This document shows positions 26,471 to 27,616 of a stretch of DNA of 27,616 nucleotides, piece by piece (within the stretch, counting starts at the first letter, position 1; each line of letters opens with the position of its first letter). A program made the translations under genes and the position numbers. The stretch is from an uncultured Nitrososphaerota archaeon (GTDB taxonomy: Archaea > Thermoproteota > Methanomethylicia > Culexarchaeales > Culexmicrobiaceae). Location: contig CAZCCB010000009.1 in NCBI GenBank assembly GCA_964497155.1, positions 4,385 through 32,000 of the forward strand, given 5' to 3'. Under the pieces are notes generated by a model. It did no database searches and was not told the DNA's origin. It saw only the letters and a program-made list of their open reading frames with translations.

Positions 26471-27169
26471 ATGCCATTCGCCAAGGGTGATTTCATTCTA
26501 ATAGACTTCGTGGCAAAAATTAAGGAGACGGGTGAAATATTTGATCTTACAATTGAGGAGATAGCAAAAAAGGAGAATATTTATCGAGAAGATGAAATTT
26601 ATGAACCAATGCTAGTTGTCTTTGGTGAGGGATGGATACTTGAGGGTCTTGAAGAAGAATTAATCAAAATGAATCCCGGAGAACAAAAAATCATTGAATT
26701 ACCACCTGAAAAAGCTTTTGGATCTAGAGATCCATCAAAAATCAAAGTAATACCTGCTAGAGAACTTACTAGAAAAGGAATTACCCCCCGCCCAGGAATT
26801 CGAGTTGAACTAAATGGTAAGCCTGCACTCATTAGAAGTGTTGGTGGTGGAAGAGTAGTTGTGGACTTTAATCATCCATTAGCTGGGAAAACTCTAATTT
26901 ATGACGTGAAGATAGTAAAGAAACTTGAAACCGATAAAGAGAAAATTCGAGCTCTAATTCATAGACGAATCCCTAGGATTCCAGCAGAAAAATTTAATAT
27001 AAGAATTAGGGGCGACATAGTCACTATAGAAATACCCGAAGAAGCGTATTTCATAGAGGGGCTTCAATATGCAAAAAGAGGAATTGCCAGAGATATAGAA
27101 AAATTCTTCCCCTCAATGAAGTCCGTGAAATTTATTGAGAAATACGAATTTAAACGTGAAGAAGCTTAA
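26471..27169 (+). CDS. FKBP-type peptidyl-prolyl cis-trans isomerase, long archaeal type with insert-in-flap and C-terminal domains
   Basis: 232 aa. KGDFILIDFVAKIKETGEIFD, FGEGWILEGLEEELIKM..GE, PPEKAFGSRDP, GGRVVVDFNHPLAGKTLIYDVKIV match the archaeal SlyD-like FKBP organisation. Confidence 0.9.
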   Translation: MPFAKGDFILIDFVAKIKETGEIFDLTIEEIAKKENIYREDEIYEPMLVVFGEGWILEGLEEELIKMNPGEQKIIELPPEKAFGSRDPSKIKVIPARELTRKGITPRPGIRVELNGKPALIRSVGGGRVVVDFNHPLAGKTLIYDVKIVKKLETDKEKIRALIHRRIPRIPAEKFNIRIRGDIVTIEIPEEAYFIEGLQYAKRGIARDIEKFFPSMKSVKFIEKYEFKREEA

Positions 27170-27616
27170 GTGATTAATGGATAAAGTTGCGCTTTTACTA
27201 ATCTTAATCCCCTTGGACAGTCAATATCTCCTAATAATTTTTCAATCTTAACTTTATCTCCTTTAATCAATCCTTCTGGTTGACATAACCTTCTATAGAT
27301 GCAGTTCTCTTCACAATCTATGGGATTATATTTAACAATAATTCCCTCTATTGCATATTTTCTCTCTATTACCGCATCAATCGACGAATAAGTAACTTCA
27401 ACAACTACTACTTCTCCATGTACTGGACATTGATGTCTCCTTCTTCTCACCCTAACCACTTCATAAATTCGCTTTTTACTAAGTTTTTCTATGCAAACTT
27501 TTCTTAGCGGACATTTTGAGCATTCTTCAGCTTCTCCTTCATGAATAAATTTAAAACCAACTTTAGCAAGATTTTTAGCTACGAGAGTGATGATCTTAGT
27601 CGATGATACCTGTAAT
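27166..27616 (-). CDS. UPF0179-family Cys-rich protein; 5' end (a few codons) lies beyond the right window edge
   Basis: The ORF track starts this at GTG 27459, but the frame stays open to the window edge. Translation: LQVSSTKIITLVAKNLAKVGFKFIHEGEAEECSKCPLRKVCIEKLSKKRIYEVVRVRRRRHQCPVHGEVVVVEV...CPRGLRLVKAQL. Length of about 150 aa and the Cys pattern (C..C....C, H.CP.H, C...C....C, C) resemble archaeal UPF0179 proteins as I recall them. Confidence 0.7.
   Translation of the reverse strand, partial: LQVSSTKIITLVAKNLAKVGFKFIHEGEAEECSKCPLRKVCIEKLSKKRIYEVVRVRRRRHQCPVHGEVVVVEVTYSSIDAVIERKYAIEGIIVKYNPIDCEENCIYRRLCQPEGLIKGDKVKIEKLLGDIDCPRGLRLVKAQLYPLIT

Overview
Densely packed, low-G+C (about one third by eye) archaeal chromosomal segment with about 37 protein genes, one tRNA and one candidate C/D box sRNA. 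There is very little non-coding DNA and many gene ends overlap. Most genes are housekeeping: FEN-1, Cdc48, aEF-1beta, Pth2, TruD, AspRS, Alba, SucCD, L40e, a beta-CASP RNase, PAC2, ArcTGT, an Lsm protein, Rpo8, Fap7, a Nog1-like GTPase, RtcA, NMNAT, HypC and an FKBP. Rpo8, an SmAP3-like Lsm protein, Alba and a PUA-less ArcTGT point to a Thermoproteota/TACK-type archaeon. The GC-rich tRNA in an AT-rich genome suggests a thermophile. The one accessory-looking block lies at 15.9-20.9 kb. It is a same-strand, translationally coupled five-gene module: a full-length but divergent TFB (TFIIB) paralog, a FlaI/TadA-type secretion ATPase with an unexplained N-terminal extension of about 200 aa, two separate TadB/TadC-like (T2SSF) membrane proteins, and a tiny Flp-like prepilin. 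This is a minimal Tad/Epd-like type IV filament system physically hard-wired to its own basal transcription factor paralog, and it is the best candidate for something undescribed. Secondary observations: a well-formed C/D box sRNA candidate at 25.5 kb inside an intergenic region with repeated GTGAAAA motifs; a 42-nt perfect intragenic repeat across the two Walker A motifs of cdc48; and an MJ1316-domain/Nog1/RtcA neighbourhood. No CRISPR array, transposase, integrase or rRNA gene was seen. All family assignments come from reading the translations, not from searches.
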